A DNA stretch of 64,000 nucleotides from Actinomycetota bacterium (lineage in GTDB: Bacteria; Actinomycetota; Geothermincolia; Geothermincolales; RBG-13-55-18): contig JACIXB010000016.1 of assembly GCA_014360685.1 (NCBI GenBank), forward strand, positions 124,263-188,262, in the 5' to 3' direction. A model generated the notes under the pieces. The model was not told the DNA's origin and did not search any database. It saw nothing but the letters and a program-made list of their open reading frames with translations. A program made the position numbers and the translations under genes. Each line of letters opens with the position of its first letter. Position 1 is the stretch's first letter. Of the stretch, positions 1 to 11,570 are shown in pieces.

Positions 1-1144
1 TTACGGCCTGCCCTTCCGCTCGGTCAGGGTGGAGGTGCAGGCCTCCAGGCCCAAGGGGTTGAGCCCCGAGGAGGCCGCCCGCGAGGCGCGTTACCGCGCC
101 TTCGAGGAGGAGCTGGCGGCGAGCGGTGCCCGGCGCCTGGCCACCGGCCATACCGCCGACGACCGGGTGGAGACCCTCCTGCTCCGCCTCTTCACCGGGG
201 CGGGCCCGCGGGGATTGGCCGGGATCCCGCCGGTGCGCGGACCCTACGTCCGACCCCTGTGTCTCATCTGGAGGGAAGAGGTGGAGCGGTACGCGAGATT
301 CCTCCCCCTTGCGCCCCTGGAAGACCCTACCAACCGGGACACCAGGCTCCCCCGTAACCGCGTGAGGCACGTGGTGCTTCCCTTCCTGGAGGAGCACTTC
401 CCGGGGGTCAGGAAGGTGCTCCTTCGGGAGGCGGAGGCCCTTGGGGAGGTCTGGGAGTGGCTGGAAGAAAGGGCCCGGGAGGCGGAAGCCGAGGGAGTGC
501 GCCAGGAAGGAGGCAACCTCGAGGTGAGCTCCTCCTACCTGTTCGCCCTGCCTCCCCCGCTGCGGCGGGAACTCGTCGCCCGCCTGGTGCGCCGCTCGGG
601 GGCGGAGCCCGATTACCACCTATTGGAGGACATCCTGCGCTTCTCCGAGGGCGGGGGGAGCGCCTCCCTGGACCTCGCGGGAGACCTGCGCGTGACCCGG
701 GAATACGGCCGGCTTATTTTCGGCGCCGCTCCTCCCGGGAAGGAGGAAAGGGGCTTCCCGGAGGTGGACGTGCCCGGCGAGGGCGAGTATCCATTGCCCG
801 GAGGGAGACGCTTAAGGGTGGAGCTGGTCAGCCGGACGGGAGGGATGCCCTCCCCAAGGGAAGATAACCCGCGGGTGGCCTTGCTGGACGCCGACCGCCT
901 GGACTTTCCCCTGCGCCTGAGGAGGACGAGGCCGGGAGACCGCTTCCATCCCCTGGGGGCGCCGGGCACCCGCAAGCTGCAGGATTTCCTGGTGGACCTG
1001 AAGGTCCCCCGCCGGGAAAGGGAGAGGGTGGCCGTGCTGGAGTCGGGTGGCGAGATCGCCTGGGTAGTGGGCTATCGCCCGGACGAGCGCTTCAAGGTCA
1101 CGCCGCGGACGGAGAGGGCCTTGAGGTGCGAACTCCTGGAGTAA
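1..1144 (+). CDS. tilS: tRNA(Ile)-lysidine synthetase TilS, C-terminal part (5' end lies upstream of the window)
   Basis: Reading frame is open to the window edge. It contains ...ATGHTADDRVETLLLRLFTGAGPRGLAGIP... and a C-terminal ...RTRPGDRFHPLGAPGTRKLQDFLVDLKVPRRERERVAVLESGGEIAWVVGYR, typical of the TilS core and C-terminal domain. It is followed by hpt and ftsH, as in Actinobacteria. Confidence 0.8.
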   Translation, partial: YGLPFRSVRVEVQASRPKGLSPEEAAREARYRAFEEELAASGARRLATGHTADDRVETLLLRLFTGAGPRGLAGIPPVRGPYVRPLCLIWREEVERYARFLPLAPLEDPTNRDTRLPRNRVRHVVLPFLEEHFPGVRKVLLREAEALGEVWEWLEERAREAEAEGVRQEGGNLEVSSSYLFALPPPLRRELVARLVRRSGAEPDYHLLEDILRFSEGGGSASLDLAGDLRVTREYGRLIFGAAPPGKEERGFPEVDVPGEGEYPLPGGRRLRVELVSRTGGMPSPREDNPRVALLDADRLDFPLRLRRTRPGDRFHPLGAPGTRKLQDFLVDLKVPRRERERVAVLESGGEIAWVVGYRPDERFKVTPRTERALRCELLE

Positions 1145-1601
1145 AGCCCTACCTGGATGCGGCCACGCCGTTCGCCTTGGCGCCCGCGAGGTATTCCAGG
1201 GCGCCCGCGGTTCCGTTACCGTATTTCTCCCATGGATCGGGGCCCCCTACCCTTGTCATGCCGCGCCCTTCCCACGGGGTTTTGGGGTTGAAAAATGACG
1301 GGGGCCGCACCTTCGTCCGGGACCGCGGGCGGCGTTTCCTCTCGGCGAGCCCTTGGGTTCCCTGTCGAAAACGTGGAGACCGGGCCGCGGTCCCCATCGA
1401 ACCAGACAAAAATGCGGGAAGGAGGGAGTGATCCACCGCCCCCTCCCGTGTCATCTCCCCGGCCGGTTGGGGTAAAATGAGGACCGGAGCCACCGGGGGC
1501 CCTCCTTCCCTACACGCGCGAAGCGCGGTTGGATAGGCCCGGAAGGAGAAGGCGGGGAAAGGCGGGGGGAGGGATCGCGGGATGAGGGGAGAGAGTGAGC
1601 C

Positions 1602-2129
1602 GTGAAAGCGAAGCCGGGCAGGGTGCTCATCGGGCGCCGGGAGCTTGACCGGCGCGTGGATGAGTTGGCCCGCCGCATAACCGAGGATTATCGGGACCGC
1701 GACCTGGTGGTGGTGGGCATCCTCAAGGGGGCTTTCGTCTTCCTGGCCGACCTGGTGCGCCGGGTGGACCTCCCCCTGGAGGTGGATTTCGTGGCCGTCT
1801 CCAGCTACGGGAAGGACACGGAATCCTCCGGCGTGGTGCGCATCATAAAGGACCTGGACCTGGACATACGGGGACGGGACGTGCTCCTGGTGGAGGACAT
1901 AGTGGACACCGGGTTGACCCTTCAATACATAGCCCGCATACTCCGCCAGAGGGAGCCCGCCTCCCTGGAGATCTGCGCCTTGCTCAACAAGCCGGAAGCG
2001 CGTAAGGTGGACATAGAGGTCAAGTACTGCGGCTTCGACATCCCTCCCCTCTTCGTGGTGGGATACGGCCTGGATTACGCCGAGCATTACCGGCACCTCC
2101 CCTACGTGGGGGTGCTCGAGGAGGCGTGA
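1602..2129 (+). CDS. hpt: hypoxanthine-guanine phosphoribosyltransferase
   Basis: 175 aa. The PRPP-binding loop VLLVEDIVDTGLTL and ...VVVGILKGAFVFLADLVR...VDFVAVSSYG... are collinear with HPRT. GTG start is preceded by GGGAGAGAG. Confidence 0.9.
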   Translation: MKAKPGRVLIGRRELDRRVDELARRITEDYRDRDLVVVGILKGAFVFLADLVRRVDLPLEVDFVAVSSYGKDTESSGVVRIIKDLDLDIRGRDVLLVEDIVDTGLTLQYIARILRQREPASLEICALLNKPEARKVDIEVKYCGFDIPPLFVVGYGLDYAEHYRHLPYVGVLEEA

Positions 2130-2439
2130 GGTCCGGGGGACGATGGAACCGGAGGAAACCGGAGGAGGCAAACGGTGTGCCTCCTTCCCGCCTCGGGGTT
2201 TCAGTCCCGGTTCCGCGAGGTCGAAGAAAGAAACGTGGAGTCCAACCGGGCATGAACCTCGCGGGGACCCGAGGGTTACCGGGGACGGGTTTCGCCGGTG
2301 GTACGCGGAAGACGGCGTGGCATCAGCCCCGCGGACGGGGTACGGGCGCTGCTCTCCCGCCGGACGGTCGTAAGGGCGAGGTCAGCCGAGCGCGGGAGGG
2401 GTGCCGCACGACATCCCGGGGAAAGGAGAGGAACGGGCC

Positions 2440-4419
<1,980 letters not shown>

Positions 4420-4982
4420 GGCGCAGGTCCGCATTCCCGGGAGAGGGTCCACCACGTTTATCCGCGTACATGCCGTGTCACCGGGGTTCGGCCTCGTAAG
4501 CCGGAACTCTTCCCGCACCTCTTGGCGTCCGCCGTGCGCTCCTCTCCGGTAAGCGCGGCCCGGGGCGGATGGAGCGGCTCGATTTCCATATCCGCGCGCA
4601 CCCTGCGCGATTATTTCCCGCGCGCATTTCCCGGTGCTCGGCCTTTGAGCGGACGGCCCTACCCGGGTTGCCCTTGCACCCGCGGGTACCCCGATATCGA
4701 GAGCGCGGCGGGTCGTCCCCGGGACTCCGGCCCATGCGGCCGGGGTTGACTACCGGGAAGTCCCCGGCGCGCAGGGAGCGGGGCGGGGCTGCTGGAGCCG
4801 ATGTCCCCGCCGGCCGGGATCCCGCCCGGGGATGCCATGGGGCCACCCGCCGATACGGAAAAACCGCCCTGCACATATCCCCTGGAGGTCCGAAGGACGA
4901 TGGCGCTCGGCGTGGGGGCGGCGCTCCTCCCGCGTGGGTGACCGCCGTTTCCCGGGGAAGCTCCTCCGCCCGGGGCTTGGGT

Positions 4983-4988
4983 TATAAT
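4983..4988 (+). promoter_or_regulatory. candidate -10 hexamer TATAAT about 200 nt upstream of folE
   Basis: Perfect TATAAT in an otherwise GC-rich 770-bp spacer. There is no convincing -35. Confidence 0.3.
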
Positions 4989-5191
4989 ATGCGGGTGACG
5001 CAGACCTGGGGGCGGGAACGCGGAAGCGCGTCCCCCGCTCGCCGGGGCGGAAAGGGCCGCGGACCGCATGGATCCGCGGAGGATGGGAGAGCGCCCCGTG
5101 AGGGCGAGCCCACGACGGCCAAACGGCGGAAGGGCGGGAAGGGAAGTTCCCGCCGGATGCGCGGAAGCGCCGGATGCGTGGAAGGTGAGAG

Positions 5192-5758
5192 GTGGACCGG
5201 GAGAAGATCAAGCAGGGAGTCCGCCTGATCCTGGAAGGGATTGGCGAGGACCTGGAGCGCGAGGGCCTGGTGGACACCCCGGAGCGGGTGGCCAAGATGT
5301 ACGAGGAGATCCTCTGCGGCATGAACGTGGACCCGGCCAGCGTCATCCAGGCCATGTTCACCGAGGAACACGAGGAGATGATCGTGGTCAAGGACATCCC
5401 CCTCTATTCCATATGCGAGCACCACCTCATGCCCTTCCTGGGAAAGGCCCACGTGGCCTACATCCCAGGGCCCCAGGGGCAGATAACCGGCATCAGCAAG
5501 CTGGCCCGGGTGGTGGACGTCCTCTCCAAGCGCCTCCAGGTGCAGGAGCGCCTGACCACCACCATCGCCGACACCCTGGTGAAAGCCCTCCGGCCGCGGG
5601 GGGTGCTGGTGGTCATCGAGGCCGAGCACCTGTGCATGTCCATGCGGGGGGTGAAGAAACCGGGTACCCTGACCATCACCTCCGCGGTGCGCGGGACCTT
5701 CCACACCAATGCCGCCTCCCGCGCCGAGGCCATGGCCCTCATACGCCGGAAGAGCTGA
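5192..5758 (+). CDS. folE: GTP cyclohydrolase I
   Basis: 188 aa with ...[15 protein letters not shown]...[21 protein letters not shown]...ISKLARVVD...QVQERLT..., a full-length match to type I FolE. Confidence 0.95.
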   Translation: MDREKIKQGVRLILEGIGEDLEREGLVDTPERVAKMYEEILCGMNVDPASVIQAMFTEEHEEMIVVKDIPLYSICEHHLMPFLGKAHVAYIPGPQGQITGISKLARVVDVLSKRLQVQERLTTTIADTLVKALRPRGVLVVIEAEHLCMSMRGVKKPGTLTITSAVRGTFHTNAASRAEAMALIRRKS

Positions 5759-5767
5759 GGAGAGCCC

Positions 5768-6997
5768 ATGCGCTATAACCCTCGCCTGCTCCGGGTGGAA
5801 GACCTGCGCGAGGCCTACGCCCGCCTGGACGAGATCGGGCCCAGCGAGCGCGGGCGGGCCATCATGGCCCCCAAGATGGTCCACCGCGTGATCCGGGTGG
5901 ACCGCCTGGATACCCGGGCGGCCAACATCCTCAAGCAGAACATGCTCTCCATAGGCGGCGAGGTCTCCCTCCCCCGGGAGGTCTTCGACTACCGGGAGAA
6001 GGAGGTCCCCGCCGTGATCTCCGGCAACCTCAAGCATTACCGGGCCCTCATCGCGCGCCTCAAGGAGCAGCCCTTCGGGCTCAAGGCGCTGGCCGCGGAG
6101 CTGGAGGAGGTCCTGGCCCCCGCCTTCCGGGAGGAGTCGAGGACCCTCCTCCTGGGGGGGAAAGAATACCGCCTGGGCGAGCGTACCCTGGTCATGGGCA
6201 TCGTCAACGTGACCCCGGATTCCTTTTCCGACGGCGGCAGGTTCTTCCGGGCCGAGGATGCCGTGGAGCATGGCCTGCGGCTGGCGGAGGAGGGGGCGGA
6301 CATCCTGGATATAGGGGGTGAGTCCACCCGGCCGGGCTCCGATTTCATCTCCCTGGACGAGGAGCTGCGGCGGGTGATGCCCGTGGTGGAGGGGCTCGCC
6401 GGGAGGGCCGGCGTGCCCCTGTCCATCGACACCACCAAGGCGGAGGTGGCCCGACGGGCGCTGGACGCCGGGTGCGCCATGGTCAACGAGATAAGCGCCA
6501 TGCGCCTGGACCCGGACATGCTCCCCCTGGTGGTGGAGAGGGGGGTGCCCTTCTGCCTAATGCACATGCAGGGAATGCCCAAGGACATGCAGGTGAGCCC
6601 CCATTACCGTGACGTGATCGGCGAGATCGCCGCCTTCCTGCGGGAGAGGGCGGAAGCGGCCGTCCGGGCCGGGGCCGATCCCTCCAACATCATCCTGGAC
6701 CCGGGCATCGGTTTCGGGAAGACACTCCGCCACAACCTGGAGATACTGCGACGGCTCCCGGAGCTGAAATCCCTCGGCTACCCGCTTCTTTTGGGGACCT
6801 CCCGCAAGTCCTTCATCGGCATGATCCTCGATCTCCCGGTGGAGGAGAGGCTGGAGGGCACGGCGGCCAGCGTAGCCCTGGGGGTGGCCGCGGGGGCGGA
6901 CATCGTGCGGGTGCACGACGTGAAGGAGATGGTACGGGTGGTCCGGGTGGCGGAGGCCGTCGCCGGGAAGGGAGCCTGGAGGAACGGAGAAGGGTAG
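5768..6997 (+). CDS. folP: dihydropteroate synthase with an N-terminal extension of about 125 aa
   Basis: The pterin-binding core starts near residue 139 (TLVMGIVNVTPDSFSDGG...DIGGESTRPG...NEISA...LMHMQG...DPGIGFGKT). Residues 1-125 are an extra domain. Confidence 0.9.
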   Translation: MRYNPRLLRVEDLREAYARLDEIGPSERGRAIMAPKMVHRVIRVDRLDTRAANILKQNMLSIGGEVSLPREVFDYREKEVPAVISGNLKHYRALIARLKEQPFGLKALAAELEEVLAPAFREESRTLLLGGKEYRLGERTLVMGIVNVTPDSFSDGGRFFRAEDAVEHGLRLAEEGADILDIGGESTRPGSDFISLDEELRRVMPVVEGLAGRAGVPLSIDTTKAEVARRALDAGCAMVNEISAMRLDPDMLPLVVERGVPFCLMHMQGMPKDMQVSPHYRDVIGEIAAFLRERAEAAVRAGADPSNIILDPGIGFGKTLRHNLEILRRLPELKSLGYPLLLGTSRKSFIGMILDLPVEERLEGTAASVALGVAAGADIVRVHDVKEMVRVVRVAEAVAGKGAWRNGEG

Positions 6998-7045
6998 CGG
7001 AGGAACCCCGCGGTTCGGGGAAACCCCGGTCTTCAGGAGGTCGAA

Positions 7046-7726
7046 GTGGGTCGAGCCCGGAAGTTGAAGCAGCAGCGCAAGGAGGAGGAGGCCAGGAAGG
7101 AAAGGGAGAGGAAGAGGGAGGTGCGCATGCGCATCCTGGCCGTGGCGGGGGTCCTCGCCGCGGTGGGCATCACCGTGGGCCTGGTCATCCTGGCCAACAA
7201 CCTCAAGGACAGGGAAAAGGAGCCCAAGATAACCTCCCGCCTGGTGTTGGAGACCACCAAGGGGGAGATAGTCATCGGCCTCTACGGGGATGAAGCCCCC
7301 CTGACCGTCCAGCACGTCACCGGCCTGGCGAAAGAGGGTTTCTACGACGGCCTGCGCTGGTACCGGGTGGAGGAGTTCGTGGTCCAGACCGGAAGCCACT
7401 ACCAGTCCCTGCGGGCGGAATACGGGGAGGCCGAGCCCGACCAGGCGGCCCTGGAGGAGGCCATCACCCGTGACAGCGAGGTGGCCAAGGTGACGGACGA
7501 GATCGGCCTCTCCAACCTGCGCGGCATGGTGGGCATGGCCAAGCCCAGCGACCCCGAGACCCAGCTTCCGGAGCCCGATTCCGCCACCACCGACTTCTAC
7601 ATCCTCAAGCAGGACTCCACCTTCCTGGACGCCTACTTCACCGTTTTCGGAAAGGTGATCAAGGGCATGGAGGTGGTGGATTCCCTGGAGACCACGGATT
7701 CCCTCCTCTCGGCCAGGGTGGAATGA
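7046..7726 (+). CDS. membrane-anchored cyclophilin-type peptidyl-prolyl isomerase
   Basis: A Lys/Arg/Glu-rich N-terminus and a TM helix (ILAVAGVLAAVGITVGLVILA) are followed by a cyclophilin core (LETTKGEIVIGLYGDEAPLTVQH...GMVGMAK...FYI...FTVFGKVIKGMEVVDSL). AGGAGG lies 5 nt before the GTG. Confidence 0.85.
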   Translation: MGRARKLKQQRKEEEARKERERKREVRMRILAVAGVLAAVGITVGLVILANNLKDREKEPKITSRLVLETTKGEIVIGLYGDEAPLTVQHVTGLAKEGFYDGLRWYRVEEFVVQTGSHYQSLRAEYGEAEPDQAALEEAITRDSEVAKVTDEIGLSNLRGMVGMAKPSDPETQLPEPDSATTDFYILKQDSTFLDAYFTVFGKVIKGMEVVDSLETTDSLLSARVE

Positions 7727-7990
7727 CCACCCCGCCGGAGGGGTCAGCGGTCCCGGGAAAGGCCGGCGGCGTCGCGGACGCATAACCCGGTGGCCGCGAG
7801 GCATGGAATTAAAGGAAAGTTTTTCCAGGTATTTCGTGCCGCCCGGGGGTTCCGGGTGGGAGGCCGGGCGAGTCGGGTCCGGAAGGTTTTTCCATGGAAG
7901 CGGGAAGGGTGTCGCATGGAGCGCGGGGATGAGGGCCGGTCACGCGGCCGGGGAATGCTTTCTCCATGGGCGGGAGGGGAATCGGGAGAG

Positions 7991-8404
7991 GTGCGCGAGG
8001 GGGAAGGTTTGGCCAGGATCCTGATAACCGGGCTTAAGGCCTTTGGATACCACGGCTGCACCCCGCGGGAAAGGGAGGAGGGCCAGGTCTTCGTGGTGGA
8101 CCTGGAGCTGGATTACCAGGCCTCCGAGGCGGTGCGGGAGGACGAGCTCTCCCTGGCCGTGGATTACGACCGGCTGGCGGAGGGTATCCGGGATATCGTG
8201 TGCGGCGAGCCCTTCCGGCTCATCGAGTCCCTGGCGGCGGAGATAGGCAAGTACGTCATGGCCGGGACCCCGGCCATCCGGGCCCTGGTACGGGTGCACA
8301 AGCCGGAGGCGCCCATGAGCTGCGAGGTGGAGGACGTGGCCGTGGAGATGGTCTTCCGCCGCGGCGGAGGGGAGTCCGGGTCTTTCGGGGAAGGAGGGCG
8401 GTGA
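7991..8404 (+). CDS. folB: dihydroneopterin aldolase
   Basis: ILITGLKAFGYHGCTPREREEGQVFVVDLELDY...DYDRLAEGIRDIV...LIESLAAEI... is the FolB fold. The start is uncertain (GTG 7991 or TTG 8009). The ORF-track start at 7790 adds an implausible Arg/Gly-rich extension. Confidence 0.8.
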   Translation: MREGEGLARILITGLKAFGYHGCTPREREEGQVFVVDLELDYQASEAVREDELSLAVDYDRLAEGIRDIVCGEPFRLIESLAAEIGKYVMAGTPAIRALVRVHKPEAPMSCEVEDVAVEMVFRRGGGESGSFGEGGR

Positions 8405-8410
8405 GGGAGG

Positions 8411-8986
8411 ATGCGGAAAGTCGCCGACCGGGGCGACCCGGGGGCGGGCCGGACCGGCGGGGCCGGGGAATCCGGCGGTGGAAGGGAGGAAGGGTACGAG
8501 CACCGCGCCTTCCTGGGGCTGGGGAGCAACCTGGGCGACCGCCGGGCGAACCTCCTCTCCGCCCTGAGGATGCTGGATTCCCTGCGGGGAGTGAGGGTCC
8601 TCGAGGTATCCTCCATATACGAGAGCGAACCATGGGGCCCGGTGGAACAACCGGATTTCCTCAACCTGGTGGCCCTGGTCTCCACCCGGCGGAGTCCCCG
8701 GGAGATGCTGGAGGCCTGCCGGGAGGTGGAGGAGGCCATGGGACGGGTGCGAGGGGTGCGCTGGGGGCCGAGGGTGATTGACGTGGACATCCTGCTGTAC
8801 GACGATATCGCCTGGGAGGAGGAGGACCTGGTGATACCCCATCCCCGCATGGGAGAGCGGGATTTCGTCCTCGTCCCCCTGCGGGAACTGGACCCCGGCC
8901 GGGAAGCCTCCACCGGGGAGGAGGGAGGTCTTCCCGCGGGTCTGCGACGGGTGGGCCGTTTCGAGGAGGGGGAGTGGCGTGGCTAG
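8411..8986 (+). CDS. folK: 2-amino-4-hydroxy-6-hydroxymethyldihydropteridine pyrophosphokinase
   Basis: AFLGLGSNLGDR...SSIYESEPWG...QPDFLNLV...RWGPRVIDVDILLY...LVIPHPRMGERDFVLVPL is the HPPK signature. Confidence 0.9.
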   Translation: MRKVADRGDPGAGRTGGAGESGGGREEGYEHRAFLGLGSNLGDRRANLLSALRMLDSLRGVRVLEVSSIYESEPWGPVEQPDFLNLVALVSTRRSPREMLEACREVEEAMGRVRGVRWGPRVIDVDILLYDDIAWEEEDLVIPHPRMGERDFVLVPLRELDPGREASTGEEGGLPAGLRRVGRFEEGEWRG

Positions 8987-9866
8987 GAAGGGCGACCGCT
9001 TCGTGGTCATCGGGGGCGGGCGGGTAGGCACCGCGGTAGGTTACCTCTTGTCCCGGACGGGGCGCGAGGTGGCCGCCGTGGCCTGCCGCAGCGAGGAATC
9101 CCTGAAAAGGGCGGGAGAATACATCCCCGGCTCCTACCTGACCACGGACATGGTCAGGGCGGCCAAAAGGGGGAACGTGCTCCTCATCACCACCCCCGAC
9201 GACCTTATCGCCGATGCCTGCATCACCCTGGCCAGCGCGGGGGCCATAAAGAGGGGGAGCTACGTGGTGCACATGAGCGGAGCCCTGGGCCTGGACGTGT
9301 TGGAGGCGGCGGAGGAGGCCGGAGCGGCCACGGCGAGCGTCCACCCCCTGCAGACCTTCGCCGACGTCAAGGGGGCGGTAAGGAAAATACCGGGCTCGGT
9401 TTTCGCCGTCACGGCCAGGGATCCGCGTACCGTGGAGTGGGCGGAGGGCCTGGTGCGGCTGCTGGGCGGGGAGCCGGTCCGGCTGGCGGAGGAAAACAAG
9501 GTGCTCTACCACCTGGGGGCGGTGATGGCCAGCAACCTCCTGGTGGCCCTGGAGCACGCGGCGGAGCTGCTCTACCAGGAGATCGGAATGGAGGGGGAGA
9601 AGGCCTTGCGGGCCCTGCTTCCCCTCATCGAGGGAACGGTGGGCAACCTGCGCCGCCTGGGGACGGAAAAAGCCCTCACCGGTCCGGTGGCCAGGGGCGA
9701 CATAGGCATCGTGAGGCGTCACCTGGAGAAGCTGGAGGAGGAGGACAGGGAAAAGCACCTGCGGGCCTACGTGGCCTTGACCCGCTTCGCCCTGGACCTG
9801 GCGGAAGCCAACCTGAGCCGCTCCCGGAGCCAGGAGATGGAGGAACTTTTGGAGCGCTATTCCTGA
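8979..9866 (+). CDS. Rossmann-fold NAD(P)-binding protein of the DUF2520 type (putative ketopantoate-reductase-like)
   Basis: N-terminal VVIGGGRVGTAVG dinucleotide-binding motif. The C-terminal ...LYHLGAVMASNLLVAL...LTGPVARGD... is typical of DUF2520. It occupies the conserved actinobacterial slot between folK and panC and overlaps the folK stop by 8 nt. Confidence 0.7.
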   Translation: MARKGDRFVVIGGGRVGTAVGYLLSRTGREVAAVACRSEESLKRAGEYIPGSYLTTDMVRAAKRGNVLLITTPDDLIADACITLASAGAIKRGSYVVHMSGALGLDVLEAAEEAGAATASVHPLQTFADVKGAVRKIPGSVFAVTARDPRTVEWAEGLVRLLGGEPVRLAEENKVLYHLGAVMASNLLVALEHAAELLYQEIGMEGEKALRALLPLIEGTVGNLRRLGTEKALTGPVARGDIGIVRRHLEKLEEEDREKHLRAYVALTRFALDLAEANLSRSRSQEMEELLERYS

Positions 9867-9914
9867 GGCGGGAAGGAACCCGCCCGGAAGCGTGACGGGG
9901 ATGTGCCTGGAGGG

Positions 9915-10766
9915 ATGGGTGTGCGCATCGTAAACGCGCCGCGGGAGATGACCCGGATGGTCATGGAGCGCCGGGAAGCCGGACAGAGCGTCGGATTGGT
10001 CCCCACCATGGGTTTCTTCCATGAAGGCCACGTGAGCCTCATGCGCGCCGCCCGGGAGGAGAACGATTTCGTGGTGGTGAGCCTCTTCGTGAACCCCATC
10101 CAGTTCGGTCCCCGCGAGGACTTCCGGGAATACCCCCGCGACCTGGACAGGGACGTGGAGATTGCCGCCCGGGCGGGAGTGGATTGCATCTTCCACCCCC
10201 GGGTGGAGGACATGTATCCCCGGCCCTACCTCACCTACGTGGAGGTGGAGGGAGTAACCGAGGGTTTGTGCGGGGCGCGGCGACCGGGGCACTTCCGGGG
10301 CGTGGCCACCGTGGTTGCCAAACTCTTCCATATCATCCCCGCCCACCGCGCCTATTTCGGCCTCAAGGACGCCCAGCAGGTGAGGGTCATCCAGAAGATG
10401 GTGGAGGACCTCAACTTCGACATCCGGATCGTGGTCTGTCCCACGGTGAGGGAGGAGGACGGGCTGGCCATGAGCTCGCGCAACGTCTACCTGCGTCCCG
10501 AGGAGAGAAGGGCGGCCACCGTTCTCTACCGCTCCCTGCGCCGGGCGGAGGAGATGGTGCGCGAGGGCCGCAGGGAAACCCGCGAGGTGCTCGCGGCGGT
10601 GCGGGAGATGCTGGAATCCGAACCGCTGGTGGAGCCGGAATACGTGGAGGCGGTGGACTGGGAGGGCCTGCGCCCCGTGGAAAGGCTGGAGGGCAAGGTG
10701 CTCATCGCCCTGGCGGCGCGGGTGGGCAAGGCCCGCCTCATCGACAACGTTCTCCTGGAAGCTTGA
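9915..10766 (+). CDS. panC: pantoate-beta-alanine ligase
   Basis: ...VGLVPTMGFFHEGHVSLM...VVSLFVNPIQFGPREDF..YPR...FRGVATVVAKLF...AYFGLKDAQQ...REEDGLAMSSRN. The start is ambiguous (GTG 9903, ATG 9915 or GTG 9921). Confidence 0.9.
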   Translation: MGVRIVNAPREMTRMVMERREAGQSVGLVPTMGFFHEGHVSLMRAAREENDFVVVSLFVNPIQFGPREDFREYPRDLDRDVEIAARAGVDCIFHPRVEDMYPRPYLTYVEVEGVTEGLCGARRPGHFRGVATVVAKLFHIIPAHRAYFGLKDAQQVRVIQKMVEDLNFDIRIVVCPTVREEDGLAMSSRNVYLRPEERRAATVLYRSLRRAEEMVREGRRETREVLAAVREMLESEPLVEPEYVEAVDWEGLRPVERLEGKVLIALAARVGKARLIDNVLLEA

Positions 10767-10963
10767 TGGGGTCACATCTTCGATCTTCGCATCTTCGATC
10801 TTCGGTTTTCACACCCCGACCGGTGAAAGCGCTTCGCCGTCCCATGGGCGGCCGGAGATTCGACACTCGACCCTTTCCCGGCCGGTTGTGATATATTAGT
10901 TAGGAAAAGAGAAGGGAACGAGGGAGGCCGCGGAGGCGGGAGCGAGGTACACAGGACTGAGAG

Positions 10964-11353
10964 ATGGCCAGGCGTCGCATAATGCTCAAGAGCAAGATCC
11001 ACCGGGCCACGGTCACCGACGCCGACCTGCATTACGTGGGAAGCATTACCATCGACGAGGATTTGATGCGGACGGCGGACCTCCTCCCCTACGAGAAGGT
11101 CATGGTGGTGGACGTGGACAACGGGAACCGGCTGGAGACCTACGTCATAGGCGGCGTTCCCGGTTCGGGCACCATAACCATGAACGGAGCCGCGGCGCGC
11201 CTCATCCACCGCGGGGACAAGGTGATCATATTCTCCTTCGCCGTGGTGGACGAGGATGACGTCCGGGACCTCAAGCCGCGCATCGTCTACGTGGACGAGC
11301 TCAACCGCGTGACCCACGTGGAAGACCACGTGGCCGCCGACGACATCTGCTGA
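10964..11353 (+). CDS. panD: aspartate 1-decarboxylase
   Basis: [29 protein letters not shown], including the self-processing G-S site. 129 aa. Confidence 0.95.
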   Translation: MARRRIMLKSKIHRATVTDADLHYVGSITIDEDLMRTADLLPYEKVMVVDVDNGNRLETYVIGGVPGSGTITMNGAAARLIHRGDKVIIFSFAVVDEDDVRDLKPRIVYVDELNRVTHVEDHVAADDIC

Positions 11354-11570
11354 TCGGGAGAACCGTGCGGGAACGGGGTGGGGCCTTTTTTTATCCTTTT
11401 CGGGGAGGGGTGGGGTTGCTGCCCGGCTGAGGGCGCGGCTGAAAGAGCGTCGAGGGATGGCGGAAATGAAGCCACGCCGAATCGCTTTCCAGTTGAAGGG
11501 AAATATTTCCAACCCGGCGGGGCGGCGATGAAACGGGAAGGGTGAACGCTTCTTGGAACGGGACGGACTG

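Noticed and set aside
1145-1601. A 455-bp gap between tilS and hpt, including a 36-codon minus-strand tail ORF and a TAAAAT box at 1473-1478.
   Set aside because: There is no recognisable RNA motif or credible ORF. A promoter and leader for hpt is the simplest reading, and I cannot support more than that.
4735-4765. GGGAAGTCCCCGG in the ftsH-folE gap, which resembles the RNase P RNA GGAAAGUCCGGGC box.
   Set aside because: None of the other universally conserved RNase P elements are present nearby. I also saw no matching signatures for tmRNA or SRP.
11354-11400. T7 run after panD (GGGGTGGGGCCTTTTTTTATCC) as an intrinsic terminator.
   Set aside because: There is no convincing GC stem immediately upstream of the T run, only a 4-bp CCGT/ACGG pairing. 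The flanking GGGGTGGGG words are direct, not inverted.
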